A stretch of DNA of 63,532 nt, the filler included, from Craspedostauros australis (lineage: Eukaryota), in the NCBI GenBank assembly GCA_030167865.1. It is 12 parts of 12 records of this genome, joined end to end, with 100 filler letters (N's around TTAATTAATTAA, not from the genome) between each part and the next. Parts side by side here need not be neighbours in the genome. Positions count along the whole stretch, not along the records: positions 13,107 to 17,962 come from JALAGF010005181.1; positions 18,063 to 28,938 come from JALAGF010005182.1; 10 more parts are not named here. One strand, written 5' to 3'. Within the stretch, counting starts at the first letter, position 1. Each line of letters opens with the position of its first letter. Below the pieces are notes generated by a model. That model was not told the origin of the DNA, searched no databases, and was given only the letters and a program-made list of their open reading frames with translations. This document shows positions 13,007 to 25,055 of the stretch, piece by piece. Made by a program: the position numbers and the translations under genes.

Positions 13007-16000
13007 NNNNNNNNNNNNNNNNNNNNNNNNNNNNNNNNNNNNNNNNNNNNTTAATTAATTAANNNNNNNNNNNNNNNNNNNNNNNNNNNNNNNNNNNNNN
13101 NNNNNNCAAATAGCTACACTGTCAAAACCACGAAACGTGATGACCGTCGATAGCTTCCTGTGTCTGTTGAGTTAACGCGTGGTTGGTGTCTTGGTTTGAA
13201 AAGAGCAAGCAAACAATTGCACCGATGGGGTAATCGGGAAAGCGCCATGTTCCGTTGTTTGACGTTGTAAGTACTATGTTCTGAGTTTGCATGTCGGACG
13301 CACTGGACAAGCATCGTGNNNNNNNNNNNNNNNNNNNNNNNNNNNNNNNNNNNNNNNNNNNNNNNNNNTGCAACGCGAATTTCGTGCCCTTGTGGCAACA
13401 CCCCGAAGAAGGAAGACCGCCAGACACCAACGCTTGCTGAAGAGAGTCCCACTTTGTCATACGAATAACCCAGAGAATCACCAACGAGCACCTGAGCCGC
13501 ACAGCCAAACAAACGTTGGACGGGGGTGGGTTCACCACCTTCGACAACGGCAGTGACACGAGCACGATAGTGATCACACAACAACGTAGTGCGCATTAAT
13601 ACAGGAACGTGGAGGAATGGCGCTGCTCCCGGTGCAGAGCGCGACGGTTGATGACGCAAAGCTCAGTAGGCTAGTAAGACAACGGACAGCTTGTGGTTGG
13701 AGGAGCGCTCTGCGGCATCCAGCGACGGTGCGAAAAGGAACTGCTCAGACAAGTACGAAAGTTACCTGAGCAAGGGGAGGGGAGAACACGAATGATGATT
13801 GCAAATCAGCCACTTCTTTCCAAAGAGGGAAAGCAATTGTGTGACTGCATCAATGCTGCGTCGAGTTGTGGGTCTGGGAGGGGATGTGTTGGGACAGACA
13901 CAACAGGGTGGAACGAGAAAAGGGGACATCATTGGCATGTGCGAACAGTGCGCGACATCGCAACCACGAACGCAAATCAGCGCGACGTCATGTCAACACG
14001 GGAAAGGCGTGCTCTAGTAGTCCCAGGAGCGCATGACTCGACAGACCCAAAAGCCGCACAACACGCCCCAAGCGTGAACAAAGCAAAAATCGACGCAAAA
14101 AGAGACTTTACCGCNNNNNNNNNNNNNNNNNNNNNNNNNNNNNNNNNNNNNNNNNNNNNNNNNNGGGAGAACACGAATGATGATTGCAAATCAGCCACTT
14201 CTTTCCAAAGAGGGAAAGCAATTGTGTGACTGCATCAATGCTGCGTCGAGTTGTGGGTCTGGGAGGGGATGTGTTGGGACAGACACAACAGGGTGGAACG
14301 AGAAAAGGGGACATCATTGGCATGTGCGAACAGTGCGCGACATCGCAACCACGAACGCAAATCAGCGCGACGTCATGTCAACACGGGAAAGGCGTGCTCT
14401 AGTAGTCCCAGGAGCGCATGACTCGACAGACCCAAAAGCCGCACAACACGCCCCAAGCGTGAACAAAGCAAAAATCGACGCAAAAAGAGACTTTACCGCG
14501 CTTCCCCAGATGACGAACGAAGCAATTTCAGGGAGAGAGAGAGAGAACGAGCACAGGTTTCAGCCGAGTAGGGTCCGCCAACATGACGTACCAACGCTCA
14601 TGGCTTCGCGGTGCGGTGGAATGTTGAGACCATTTTTTCGGTCAGGTCAGCAGAAAAGGCTCTTTGTCCCTTGAAGTCTGTTGTGACGCCGTCCGGATAC
14701 TCTGTAGCCTGCGAACCCCGCTCGAAGCCTCCTTGTGGTCGAACGCCTGTTTTCTCATTGCTTGGAGAGCACGGTAGTGTAGCGTAATAGAAGCGATGCT
14801 CGTACTACTCAGAGGACTATATGTGCTCATCTTTGCGATTGATGCTGCCAGAGTCATCGTTGGTGGTACGGTATTGCCGATGGCGACGACGGCATGGTAC
14901 AAGCAGTGGTGTCCTTATTCTGTCCCAAGATCAACACCGCGCGGCTTCACCGAAGTTGCAGTGGATGAAGCCAGATCAATGAAGGACTCGAAGGCAGAGC
15001 ACAGTTCTCTCGAGAGTGCTCCAAAGTGTGGCAATTGTGGCTCTGTGTAACAACTAATCGCAAGCCATGTTCGTACCTACAACCTCCTCGTGCTTTTTCG
15101 CTTCGTTTCGCCGTTGGCATCGCTATTGCTTTTGTCATTTGCATACCTAACCTACAATGCGAGCACTTGTGCTTGGTACTCTTCAAAGGAGTTGGCAGGA
15201 ATTGTATTGAACGATGAGCAGCACAGTACTCTATCCTTTTGCGCTGACAGATGCCTGGAAACAAAGTGACGCGAACGGCCATCTCGCGTTGGAGTGCCAA
15301 GCCTCTTCCACGTTGGTCACTTGTGCGTTGCAGGTTGGAGTCGGAGAGCATCATCCTGCGTGGCGCAATTACGCGTGCGTGCCGACACTCTTGGCACCAT
15401 CACTTCCGCATGCACTTCGCCGCAAGTCGCTCACAAAATACTCTCACGCGCGCGTGCTAATACAACATACTGCGCTCTCCCTCCACTTCCGATGTTGCGC
15501 TGTGGCTGGATCCGCGAGCTGCGGCAAAACTGCGAAGCGGCACAGCGCACACGGCACAGAACACACCACACAGAACACTGAAGGAACAAGAAGCAGAACA
15601 TCAGACATACTCGACCTGGATGTGAGAACTACAGTACCCATGCCGTATCCACTGCTCTCTGATGTCATTGCACGACACCGGGGGAGCGTTCGGCTTCTCT
15701 TCGACAATGGCGTCGGACAAAAACGGTCGAAGCGGCCGAGGCCGTCACCGGTCTCTTTTTTATTGCTTCAGAGCGTGCGGCACATTACACATACATACTC
15801 GTACGAGGAACGAGCTGTGGATGGTATCGTTGGGTGGAGCGGAGTACGAGACACTCTGCGTGCTCCTCCAGGCATCAACGACAGACAAGGCCTCCCCATC
15901 CGCCCACGAGTCTCTCGCCCAGCGCCAGGAGAAACCCCGCTGTTGCGGCGAAAACGGCGAAACCGTGACGGTTTTGGCGTCGCAACTTTCGTGCTTACCT

Positions 16001-16873
16001 TGATGATCCAGTGCCACAGAAGACAAGCGCCATCACGATCGGACACATTCCAAAGCGGCAAGAGCAGCTCTGTTGTCTCATCGTGCCACCAAATGCTTTG
16101 CGGATGTTTCGATTCGTTTCCACCTTGTGCTCCAGAGAACATTGGCGTGCGAACGTTCCAAGTCTGTTCGCTCTGTCTATGCCCAGTCATCCCCTCCGCG
16201 ATGGACGTGGTGAGCAGTGTCCATGTGCTACGATCCGCGCCCCCACCAACACTACTTCTACGTACGACCTACAATACAATACATTTTCTTCCACCCGCTG
16301 CAATTCTCGTTGCCGTGGGGGCACGACCTACCCACTTACTCTTGTATTGTATGCCAGGTACATACTAGCTGCAGAGAATGTAAAATGGGGTCACGATAGC
16401 ACTAGTTGTAGAGTTTTGGCCCCTTGTTGCCACTGGTTTGCTTGCTTTTGGGAGCAACGGCGATTGTACATTTAGAGCTATTTCGTGTTGTTTCTCCATG
16501 ATCCGTCTTCTACGTCACAGGACGGATTCGACGTCATGCGAAACCACTCACAACACAAGATGTGAGTGCGTCTTGCAGCACGTGGCCCTTGCTTCGCAAC
16601 ACAACGTGATGGCTGCGCAGCACACACCAATCGCGCTGCAACACACGCGGACCGTGCCACAACACAACGTGACGGCTCCGCGACACAACACACCGATCGT
16701 GTGGCGACGCGCACCAACCGCGACACAAAAATTACGGTCCTCATCACAAAACACAAAACAAACATCACGCATCACATCACAATCCTCCATGCCATCAAGC
16801 AGACGATGCGCACATAGGCACTCCAATCACAGGTGTGCCTATAACATATAATCACTACTACTTCGATTTGCAG

Positions 16874-17962
16874 CTACACCTCTGCTGTGTTGGTATCCTC
16901 CTCTGCTTTTCTGTGATGCTCGTCCTTGCCAGCGAACATGGCCACGTCGAATGTGTTCATGGTGGGTGCTGCTTCGGTCTTGCTGTTGTTGTTGTGAGGC
17001 TCACTGATCTCGGCTTTGCTCTTGTTGGACGTCTTCTTCTTGCCTTTCTTCTGTTGCTCAGCCTCCTCATTGGCTCTGGTGGTCGTGACGATTTGCTTCT
17101 CCAGCAACGGAATGAGGCTGCTGGTTGTTCGCAGGTTCGTTTTCAGGCATTGCAGACCACTGACAGCCATCACTTTGAGCGCATCATCGTACATACCTTT
17201 GATGTCGGGCTTGGCGTATTTGAAGCCAGCTGGTTTGCCTTTCTTGCCTGTTGCAGTTGGTTTCTTGGAAGCATTGTTGGTTGCCTCATCCTCCTCCTCC
17301 TCCAACGTGAAGTCCGTGTGAGACACAGTCACATCGATCTCATTGCCGTCCTTGTCAGTTTCGGTGAACGTTTGTTTCCGCACGTTCATGCTCAGTCCCT
17401 TGCGCTCCATCACAAATTCGTCACCTCCTTTCGCAGCACAAATTGCGTAGGCGATCTGATGGTGGCGAACATACGCGCGAGCGACCTTGTCCAGCCCAAA
17501 TTGCTCCCAACAGGTTTTGCAAGCACCCCACAACGCATCAGTGGTGAACATGCGACTCCCGTGGTGCTTACCTTGACGTGCTGACACGTGTTTCGACATC
17601 GCTGGGAATATCGTATCGTCTTTCACGTTCGTGATGGGAGAATTCGATGGTTGAAATCGGAGGTGCCACCCGCGACTGTCGAACTCTTCGTTGATGAACC
17701 GGAGCAGTTCCGTGTCTCTGTGTGGCCCTGCGTCATCCATCTGGTACCGAATCACCACGTTCTTTCCCGTTTCGGCCTTGATTTTGCTGGCGAGCGAATC
17801 CAATGCTGGGAGTTCTTTTTCGCGGAAGAATTTCTTGAGGCTGTACTTTGGCTTGGGCTTATCAGGCGCACCAACTGATTCCTTGCTGCCTGTGATCTCC
17901 AGTGGCTGGAAGTACAGTTCACCCTTCACACGAGAGATTTTGTTGGGATCAGGAAGGTGCTT
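16874..17962 (-). mobile_element. Tc1/mariner-superfamily transposase, C-terminal part (mariner-like DDD), 5' truncated by contig end
   Basis: IRYQMDDAGPH...GWHLRFQPSNSPITNVKDDTIFPAM resembles QQDNAxPH...QPPNSPDxNVLD of DD39D-type mariners. Confidence 0.85.
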
Positions 17963-18062
17963 NNNNNNNNNNNNNNNNNNNNNNNNNNNNNNNNNNNNNN
18001 NNNNNNTTAATTAATTAANNNNNNNNNNNNNNNNNNNNNNNNNNNNNNNNNNNNNNNNNNNN

Positions 18063-18146
18063 GGTGCTGGCTGCTGGTGCTGGCTGCTGGTGCTGGCTGC
18101 TGGTGCTGGCTGCTGGTGCTGGCTGCTGGTGCTGGCTGCTGGTGCT
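18063..18146. repeat. 13-bp tandem repeat (GGTGCTGGCTGCT)n, about 6 units
   Basis: Read directly; starts at the contig edge. Confidence 0.93.
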
Positions 18147-18351
18147 CTTGCCATGGCTACTGCATCTGGCAGTGGGCGCGTTGGCCACACTGTCGAATCG
18201 TTTGTTCGTGCTGGGTGGTGCTGTGGCGCATGCTGTGGTGGACGGTACCATGGCGGGTGGCAACACCTCGGAGGGAGGGTCCTTGCGCTTCTTGGTGGGA
18301 GCAATGTACTCGTGGTTCCATTTCGGTGCATTGCTGGCAAGTCGGGGACGG

Positions 18352-20198
18352 CTATGGTTGGTGGTGTTGGTTGGTGGTGTTGGTTGGTGGTGTTGGTTGG
18401 TGGTGTTGGTTGGTGGTGTTGGTTGGTGGTGTTGGTTGGTGGTGTGCTTTGTTTTTGTGAGTGTTTTTGTGTTTGGTGGTGGCTGCATCCTCGCTGTAGG
18501 AGCGAGTGGTGAACACACTGCGCATGCTTGCAGCGTGTTGGTGCGGGTCATTGTGGTGGCTGCGGACGATCTCCGGTCTGGCAACCCGTTCCACCTTCAC
18601 TTTGTTGCGTGCGTACGACAGGACGCAATCAGGACGCTTGGCTTTCGCTACGTTCTTGTCAGGAACGATCGGGTCAGTGTCGCTGTCGTCGCTCAACAGA
18701 TAGATAATCTCCGGCTGTGCGCACAGAAGCCAACAAGGCACATGTGTGGATAACGGTCAAAACGGAAAAAGAGAGGTGTGAGTGAGTGAAAATTAATCAG
18801 TTGCAGTTCGTGTTGGTTCCAGGGGCGCAGCACTTACCTTGCTTCTGCTGCGGACTGGTGCTGGCACAAAGTCATACTTGCAGTCATCTTCAGACAAGCT
18901 GCCGGAGTCAAGAATCGCGCACAGTTTTTCAAGCTTGGGTTGGTTGTGTTTTTGGGGGGTGGTGCGAAGCGCCCTCGTGGTGGGATCAGTGCGCGAGGCT
19001 CTGTTTGTCGGTTTCAGGGGGAGTGTCTTGTCCGGGAGCGCCTCCACCATACGGACAAGCAGCATTGGCACGCGTGCGCTTTCTTGCTTTTTGAACGTGG
19101 AAGAGTTGAGTGGGACAAGTGGCTCAATGAAGTTGATGTGCAGAAACACGCCCGATGGGTTATTATCAAGCATCCCAGCCACAACACAAGGAAGGTCTTC
19201 GCGATGTACGCGCGTTTTGGTGTCTGCAGAATTCCAGACACATTTTGTCGCGCGTTTGTACGTGACCTTGCGTTTGCCTTGAAGGTAAAAAGCTGTGGCA
19301 TCAGGGGCTGTTTTGTTTTTGGATTGTGGTTGAACAAAGAAAGGAGTTTGCGGTCTTGATGCAAGGTTGTGTTTGTGAGTGCAGCATTGGCCTCCACCTT
19401 GATGTGAAGTTTGGTGCCGTTGACAATTACGCATTCCACATCATCTGCGCATGTTCCACCAGGGAGAACGAAGTCAATGCCCATCACACAATGATTCTCA
19501 TGCATGTATTCATGACAGTGAGCAGCAATCCCCACGGTCTTATTTCGCTCCAACCATGATGCAGTGGTGAGCACCTTTGTCTCCTTGATTCGCGCAGGAG
19601 TCACAGTCACAGCGAATTCTGGTTCAGACATTTCGTCGCAAGAGGATTCTTCAATCTGTCCGCGCACAATCGTACTTACCTTGTTGGTTCTTGTTGCATG
19701 CTTCTTTGCTTGATTCGGACATGGTGGAGTGATTGGGTGTTCTGTTGGTTGGACCGATGCTATTGGTGGGGTGGAGGGAGACATGATGTTGTTTCGGGAT
19801 GCAGTTTTCAGAAAGCGAGAGGGAGGAAGGGAGACAGCCCAGCCGACTTCGGATTTAAGGTACTCTTTGTTCTTGATGTACTCTTTGACGTCCGGTGAGT
19901 TCTTTGGCTTTGTGGCTTCTGAGCAGATGTGTGAGCGACAAAGGTTCAGTGTGCGCACATCATACAGGTACAACCAGTCAACTTAGTCACAAATACGTAC
20001 CTGCCAGTGCGGCCTCCTCCAAGCATGAAACCCACAAGTTTTTGTAGTTGAGCAAAGTTAGAGCGGCTGAACATGTGAAGTTTGGGGTACTTGTCATAGA
20101 CGAAGCCTGGAGAGTAACTTTTCAGAATTTCACCTGATGCCATCTTGCGTTTGAGCTCCACGACCTCAGGTGAGGTGCGTTTCCATGATTCGGCCATG
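18352..20198 (-). pseudogene. Multi-exon hypothetical gene, probably frameshifted; possible transposon accessory ORF
   Basis: Successive minus-strand ORFs MAESWKRTSPEVVELKRKMASGEI..., ...GIDFVLPGGTCADDVECVIVNGTKLHIKVE..., ...VPMLLVRMVE..., PEIIYLLSDDSD. A phase-0 GTAAGT...CAG intron at 18837-18715 joins the last two. Other donor-like sites occur near 19999 and 19679, and a frame switch near 19300-19430. Confidence 0.5.
18356..18445. repeat. 13-bp tandem repeat (GGTTGGTGGTGTT)n, about 7 units
   Basis: Read directly. Confidence 0.93.
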
Positions 20199-20730
20199 GT
20201 AGTAATTTGATTTTTGGAATGTGCGGAGACCTTGCTTTTTGTGAGCACATACCTGAGTCAGAATCCGTGCATCCACTATGGCAATGCAACAGCTTGTCAG
20301 CCTACGAGATGACTATGACAAATTGTAGGTGACGGACTTAGTGACAGCATCGCACAAGGTGAACGAACGAAGTTAGCACTAGGATTCTACACACACAGTA
20401 TAGTGGAACACATCACATGTCACTCTATTAGAATCTCTTTGTTGCCGCCATTCCTTCCAACGCTTCAATCCTAGGTTGTGTACGGATCAGGGGTGGCCAC
20501 ATTGCTGTTCAAAGATTGTGACATGCAGGCTGGTTCAAGTTGCTGCTGGTTGTTGACAACATCTATTCTCCAGAACAATCAGTATCACTGTCACAAGTGT
20601 TGTCAGTTCTCGTCCCTATCGCACGGCCCACGATACGTGCTGAATCATCACATACTTTCCAGCACCTGTGTGGGTTTGATTGCTGCTCTCGCATGACGTG
20701 CGTTGACATCATATGGTGCGACGACAATGG

Positions 20731-21482
20731 TGTTGGCAGTGGGCCACGAAAGACGCTCTCGGGAGTATTCCATGAAAGAGCACTATCGAAAAATCACGAG
20801 GGGAGAGCAAAAGCAAAGTACCATGCTGGGATTCGAACCCGGAACCTCAGTTAGAATTACTGGTGCTCTACCGTTGAGCTACAGGCGTTGCGATTGCTGA
20901 TCCGAACACAGTGAAATTTATAGATAGTGGGGGATACGGGAGTAACGTAATTTGCACTATACGTATTTGTGCTGATACACATTACTAGAGCCTGGACGTT
21001 ATGGCTTATCACTTGTTAGCTGGTGTTGGCTGTAGAGGCTTGATTGGCAAGCGGGTCCGAACGAGAGTCTTCTGTTCCACAAGTAGTCGATTGAGAATAC
21101 TGGTAGATGGTGAAGAAACGTGCGGATTATGAGGTTAGTGCTAAAGTTCTTCCCTGCAGGGAGAATCTCCTGTGGTGTCCTGAGTGACAGTGTGTATGGG
21201 TCGTGTAGCCCATGTACCGTGGGTCGAGATCCCTTGGCTGTGTTCCGTGAGAGACAAGGTGCGATGATGTGCGTTGCTGGGGCACTGTTTCCCTGTGTCG
21301 GCGTTTTGGCGATGGTGGGTGTCAGTGGCTCGGTTATCGGAACCCTTCTGGTTCCTTGACACGGGTTCCAAAGATCTGCTTCAATGTTCTGGATCTGTCC
21401 CCAAACGTGGGGGCTGGTGAAGTGTTCATTCGATCTACTGGAATGCTGACGGGTCGGATGATTCGTAGTCTCTCTCTCTAAG
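20731..21482 (-). mobile_element. Putative solo-LTR-like insertion (~750 bp) in the piggyBac-like ORF
   Basis: The left edge TGTTGGCA (minus strand ...TGCCAACA) matches the terminus of the LTR-like family at 43490/49593/50458. ATGG lies on both flanks. The right boundary is imperfect (CTCTAAG rather than ...AACA). Confidence 0.45.
20819..20888 (-). ncRNA. tRNA-derived element (pseudo-tRNA / Pol III promoter head)
   Basis: Minus strand ACGCCTG TA GCTC AACGGTA GAGC A CCAGT AATTCTA ACTGA GGTT CCGGG TTCGAAT CCCAG CATGGTA. A and B boxes and D arm are intact, the acceptor stem is broken and U33 is missing. TATAAA lies ~30 nt upstream and TTTGCTTTT downstream. Confidence 0.75.
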
Positions 21483-22812
21483 ATGGGTACTAGTTTAGCT
21501 CTATTATTCTTGGAGGAGAAAAAACGATTGATGGGTACAATGGTCATGGTCGGCAAGCAGAAGAATGCAGTGTCATGGACAGTAGTTGAGGACAAGTCTA
21601 TCAAACAGTGTGACAACGAGCCTCAAACCAAGCTTGGTGTGGCAGGTTTTGACTTCGGCAAGATATGTTCGCGAGATGACACCAACCGTGACCGCATCAA
21701 CCTGCTGGGACTGGTGCAACATCTGTGGCCAGGTGATTGGAAGCGACAAATTGACGCTCTGAACAGGCGAATCGTTGCAGGCGTAATTGATGTTGGCGGC
21801 AGGCGCAACCAACACCCTGTATCAGAGCGCGAATTGTGGATGTTTTTTGGGATCATGCTTGTTGGCAAGCTGGATTCTACCACGAAGCTCTGGGGTGACT
21901 GGATGAGCAAAGGGTTCTGTGAGGTAAGAGATCTCACAAAGCATATGCTTTTCCACCGATTCAAACACATGCACGAACACTTCATTCCTTACCTGTTCTC
22001 TGACCCGGCCAGGCAACACAGCGATAAGTGGTGGCAAATTCAACCTGGGGTGGAGTTATTCAACAAGCGTCGTTGTGACACGACCATTCCAGGTCAGGTA
22101 ATAGTCATGGACGAAAGCATGACCGCATACAAGCCTCGTCTGTCGCCCACCGGAAACCTTCCACATCTGACGCACATTCTGTGCAAGCCGGAACCACTTG
22201 GGGTGGAGTTCAAAACCGTTGCCGATGGTTTAACCGGTATAATGCTCCATTTAGAGATTCAACGCGGAAAGCGAGAGATGGACCAGGCCGATCATGTCAG
22301 AGATTGCAGGAAAGCAACTGCTGCCTGTTCTCTGCGCATGGCTCTGGCAACGCATGACATCGGGCGAAACAACATCCACATCAACACGTCAGACTTTGCC
22401 TTCCCAAGAAGCATTTTCATTGGAGATTCATGGTTTGCCTCTGTGCAGACATGCTTGGAGATCGCTGTGAAGGCAAATTTGGGATTCATTGGCATCATCA
22501 AAACCTTGTCCGCCAGCTTCCCACTCAAGTTCCTCCAAGAAAAGATGAGTGATTGGCCCTCCGGACCACAGCTGCTTCTGAAACGCAACCGCGACGATGG
22601 GGATGTTGATCGCAATGGTACTCCAACAGATATATACGCCATGGGATACAAGTACTCACGCAATTCAATGATTCCGTTTGTGTTCTCCTCTGGATCAGGA
22701 CATTTGGGGACATCCACACCCTACATCGCGAGATGGATCGACGACGAACGCAGGCATCGAACGAAGGAGGTCCCAAGACCCGAGGTGGCCAGTAAGTATT
22801 TTGGTGCGTGCA
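21483..22812 (+). mobile_element. piggyBac-like (DDE_Tnp_1_7) transposase, interrupted before the third catalytic Asp
   Basis: ELWMFFGIML, RFKHM, DKWWQI, VMDESM, LPHLTHILCKPEPLGVEFKTVAD, FIGDSWFASV, GIIKT, PEVASKYF. Similarity stops at TGTTAGG (22813). Confidence 0.92.
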
Positions 22813-23300
22813 TGTTAGGAATCGGGGGTACGACTTCGTCAAGATACCCCATTATTGCCGCACCTCCCAATGATTATTTGTCACACTTTTGACTCTCATC
22901 CATCACACTTTTGACTCTCATCCATCACACCTTTCAGTCTTCTTCATCACACTCGTGAATCAAGACAAACGTGATTGATCTCAGTCCCAACAAGAAAACA
23001 GCCTGTCCTCCTCGAACCAAGAAAAACCGTGACATCGTAAGACAGGATGTCCCAACATCAAACATGACAAATCAAACAACGTCGTCATAGGAGAAAGATC
23101 GATGACCAGCAGGCTTGTGATCACCCCATCTGGAGAATGAGACACGTGCATCCCACGGACTGGAACATCGCATGATTGAACAATCAGAACAATTCAGAAA
23201 AGGCATCAAGCTGACACCAATCGTAAAACAGGTGTCACAGAACCAAGGACGAAACCTATGATGAGACAAGTGCACGATTGTGGAATCGTACCGAATGATT
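22813..23300 (+). mobile_element. LTR-like dispersed repeat (family A) inserted in the piggyBac ORF
   Basis: Starts TGTTAGG and contains 22-bp direct repeats (22881-22930). 22960-23300 shares ordered blocks with 50510-50890 (TGATCTCAGT, CAAGAAAA.CAGCCTGTC, AAGACAGGATGTCCCAAC, CGTCATAGGAGAA, ATTCAGAAAA, TGACACCAAT). The right end is undefined. Confidence 0.7.
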
Positions 23301-24131
23301 ATGGCTTGCTTGCGTGCTCAGGATGTGAAGTGAAGCACTCTCAGGCACACATATGACAGTCTTCTATTGATTATCTGTTGTTGGTGTAATGCTGATACAC
23401 TCCTTGTTGTGGACCAGATTGTGACCGCATGCCATGAATCCAACAAAGACACATGCTCTGTTTATTTTTGCTTTGTTTGTTGTTATTGCCCCTGTGTTGT
23501 TTCAGCCACAAACACTCCGCCTCGGTTGCTTGTGACTGTACAGTCACAGAACCTTTGACCAATACGAGCTACGCGACTCGTTTGACTCCAAAACTCGCTC
23601 TTTTCCTTGGAGTGCGTACCTTTTACTGCATTCTGTGTTATCAGTGCCAAACGAAGATGTATCACACAAGCTTCGACTGTCCAACAATCAAACTACAATT
23701 CTTTTCTCCATGATCAACAAGTACCACTTCTCCACGAGTGCCATTGAAATTGATCTGCGTCGTATCACATCGACGCTGTGTGCGTATCCGATGTCGTTTG
23801 TTGTGCAAGGAGATGATAGTGTGCCAAGCATAGATGGATGAACGAGCATTGAAGTCAACAAACGAACACACACGCCCTCTTCTGCAAGATGATCAGACAC
23901 AGTCACACACGATCCTGTCCACGCTGGGATCCGCGGTGGTACCCATGGTAGCATGCACGGCGGCACCTGTATTTCCACCCACGCTCACTGATGTCAACAC
24001 CATGAAGCATGGCAAACAATCGAGCCAACACGTTCGCATCCAACGATTGCGAGTGGATTCCAGAACGGGAAGCAGGCAGAACGATAGTTTAAATAATATG
24101 TATTATTTTTTGCCCTTCGTGTGCAGCAAGT

Positions 24132-24204
24132 GGGGCCATAGTTCAGTTGGTAGAATTTCGGATTCCAGACCCGAAGGTCATCGGTTCAAATCCGGTTGGC
24201 CTCA
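24132..24204 (+). tRNA. trnW: tRNA-Trp (CCA)
   Basis: GGGGCCA TA GTTC AGTTGGTA GAAT T TCGGA TTCCAGA CCCGA AGGTC ATCGG TTCAAAT CCGGT TGGCCTC A; 73 nt, no encoded CCA, T-run terminator immediately after, AT-rich box upstream. Confidence 0.95.
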
Positions 24205-25055
24205 CTTTTTTCATTTGGCAAACTGTTTCTCGTTTGTCCGTCTTATTTTATCGGACACCTTTTTTTCGATCGCGAAGGAAACGGAGAAATGGGTTGAAGG
24301 GGAATGAGTTGTCCGATAATGGCATGCATCGCCCCTTTAATTGTTTTCTCCCCCGAATGAAAACCAAGAACCTCGTTTCCGTTGAATCGATACACATGGA
24401 AAGCAACAATGGGAATTGTCACGCCAAACGCGTCCGGCGACATCCGTTCAGCCAGTGCGCGCACGGAACCAACACGAGGTGTGAGTGAGAGCTTGACGAG
24501 CGCAGGCCGTGGTGAACGTGGCGTGCTGCGTTGCTGGCTGCGGTTGACTCCCCCTTTGTCTCACTCCACGATAACAAGAATCGTCGGATCGGTTTTAACG
24601 AGTCGTATCCGAATGGCACGAACATCATTCGTCACAAGAGTGCAAGAACCGGCCGGGAGAAGGAGAGTGAGCATCGAAGCGGGGAGAGTCGGAGGCTGGC
24701 GAGGTTGTTGACGAAGTTGTTGGTGTATCCTTGGCATTTGGGTGTGTTTGAATAACGTCCTATTCTATCTGTTGGTGGGAGAAGAGAGGAACTCTCCGTG
24801 GTTTGCTGTTCTTCCTTGCTTGCTTGCTTGCTTGCTTGCCTCGCTGCCGTGTTGTCTCTTGGCTGCGATCAGTTACTTCATCCATCACTTCATCCATCCG
24901 TCTATCCGCCACCGGCACCGTCACAACCTCAGAGGTCGACACCAGCTCACAACATCAGAGATCGATCATCCTGCACTTCCAGCACAGGCAGCACGCACAG
25001 GCTCACCAACCAATCTACTACACTTTATTGACTATTATATCATAGTTGCTGAAAG

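Noticed and set aside
13780..14499. 335-bp direct repeat (possible LTR pair) and its ORFs
   Set aside because: Identical copies directly abut a 50-N gap, as at other gaps; no TG...CA ends or coding signal.
15214..16368. 384-aa ORF
   Set aside because: No recognisable motif and the composition looks non-coding; not supported as a gene.
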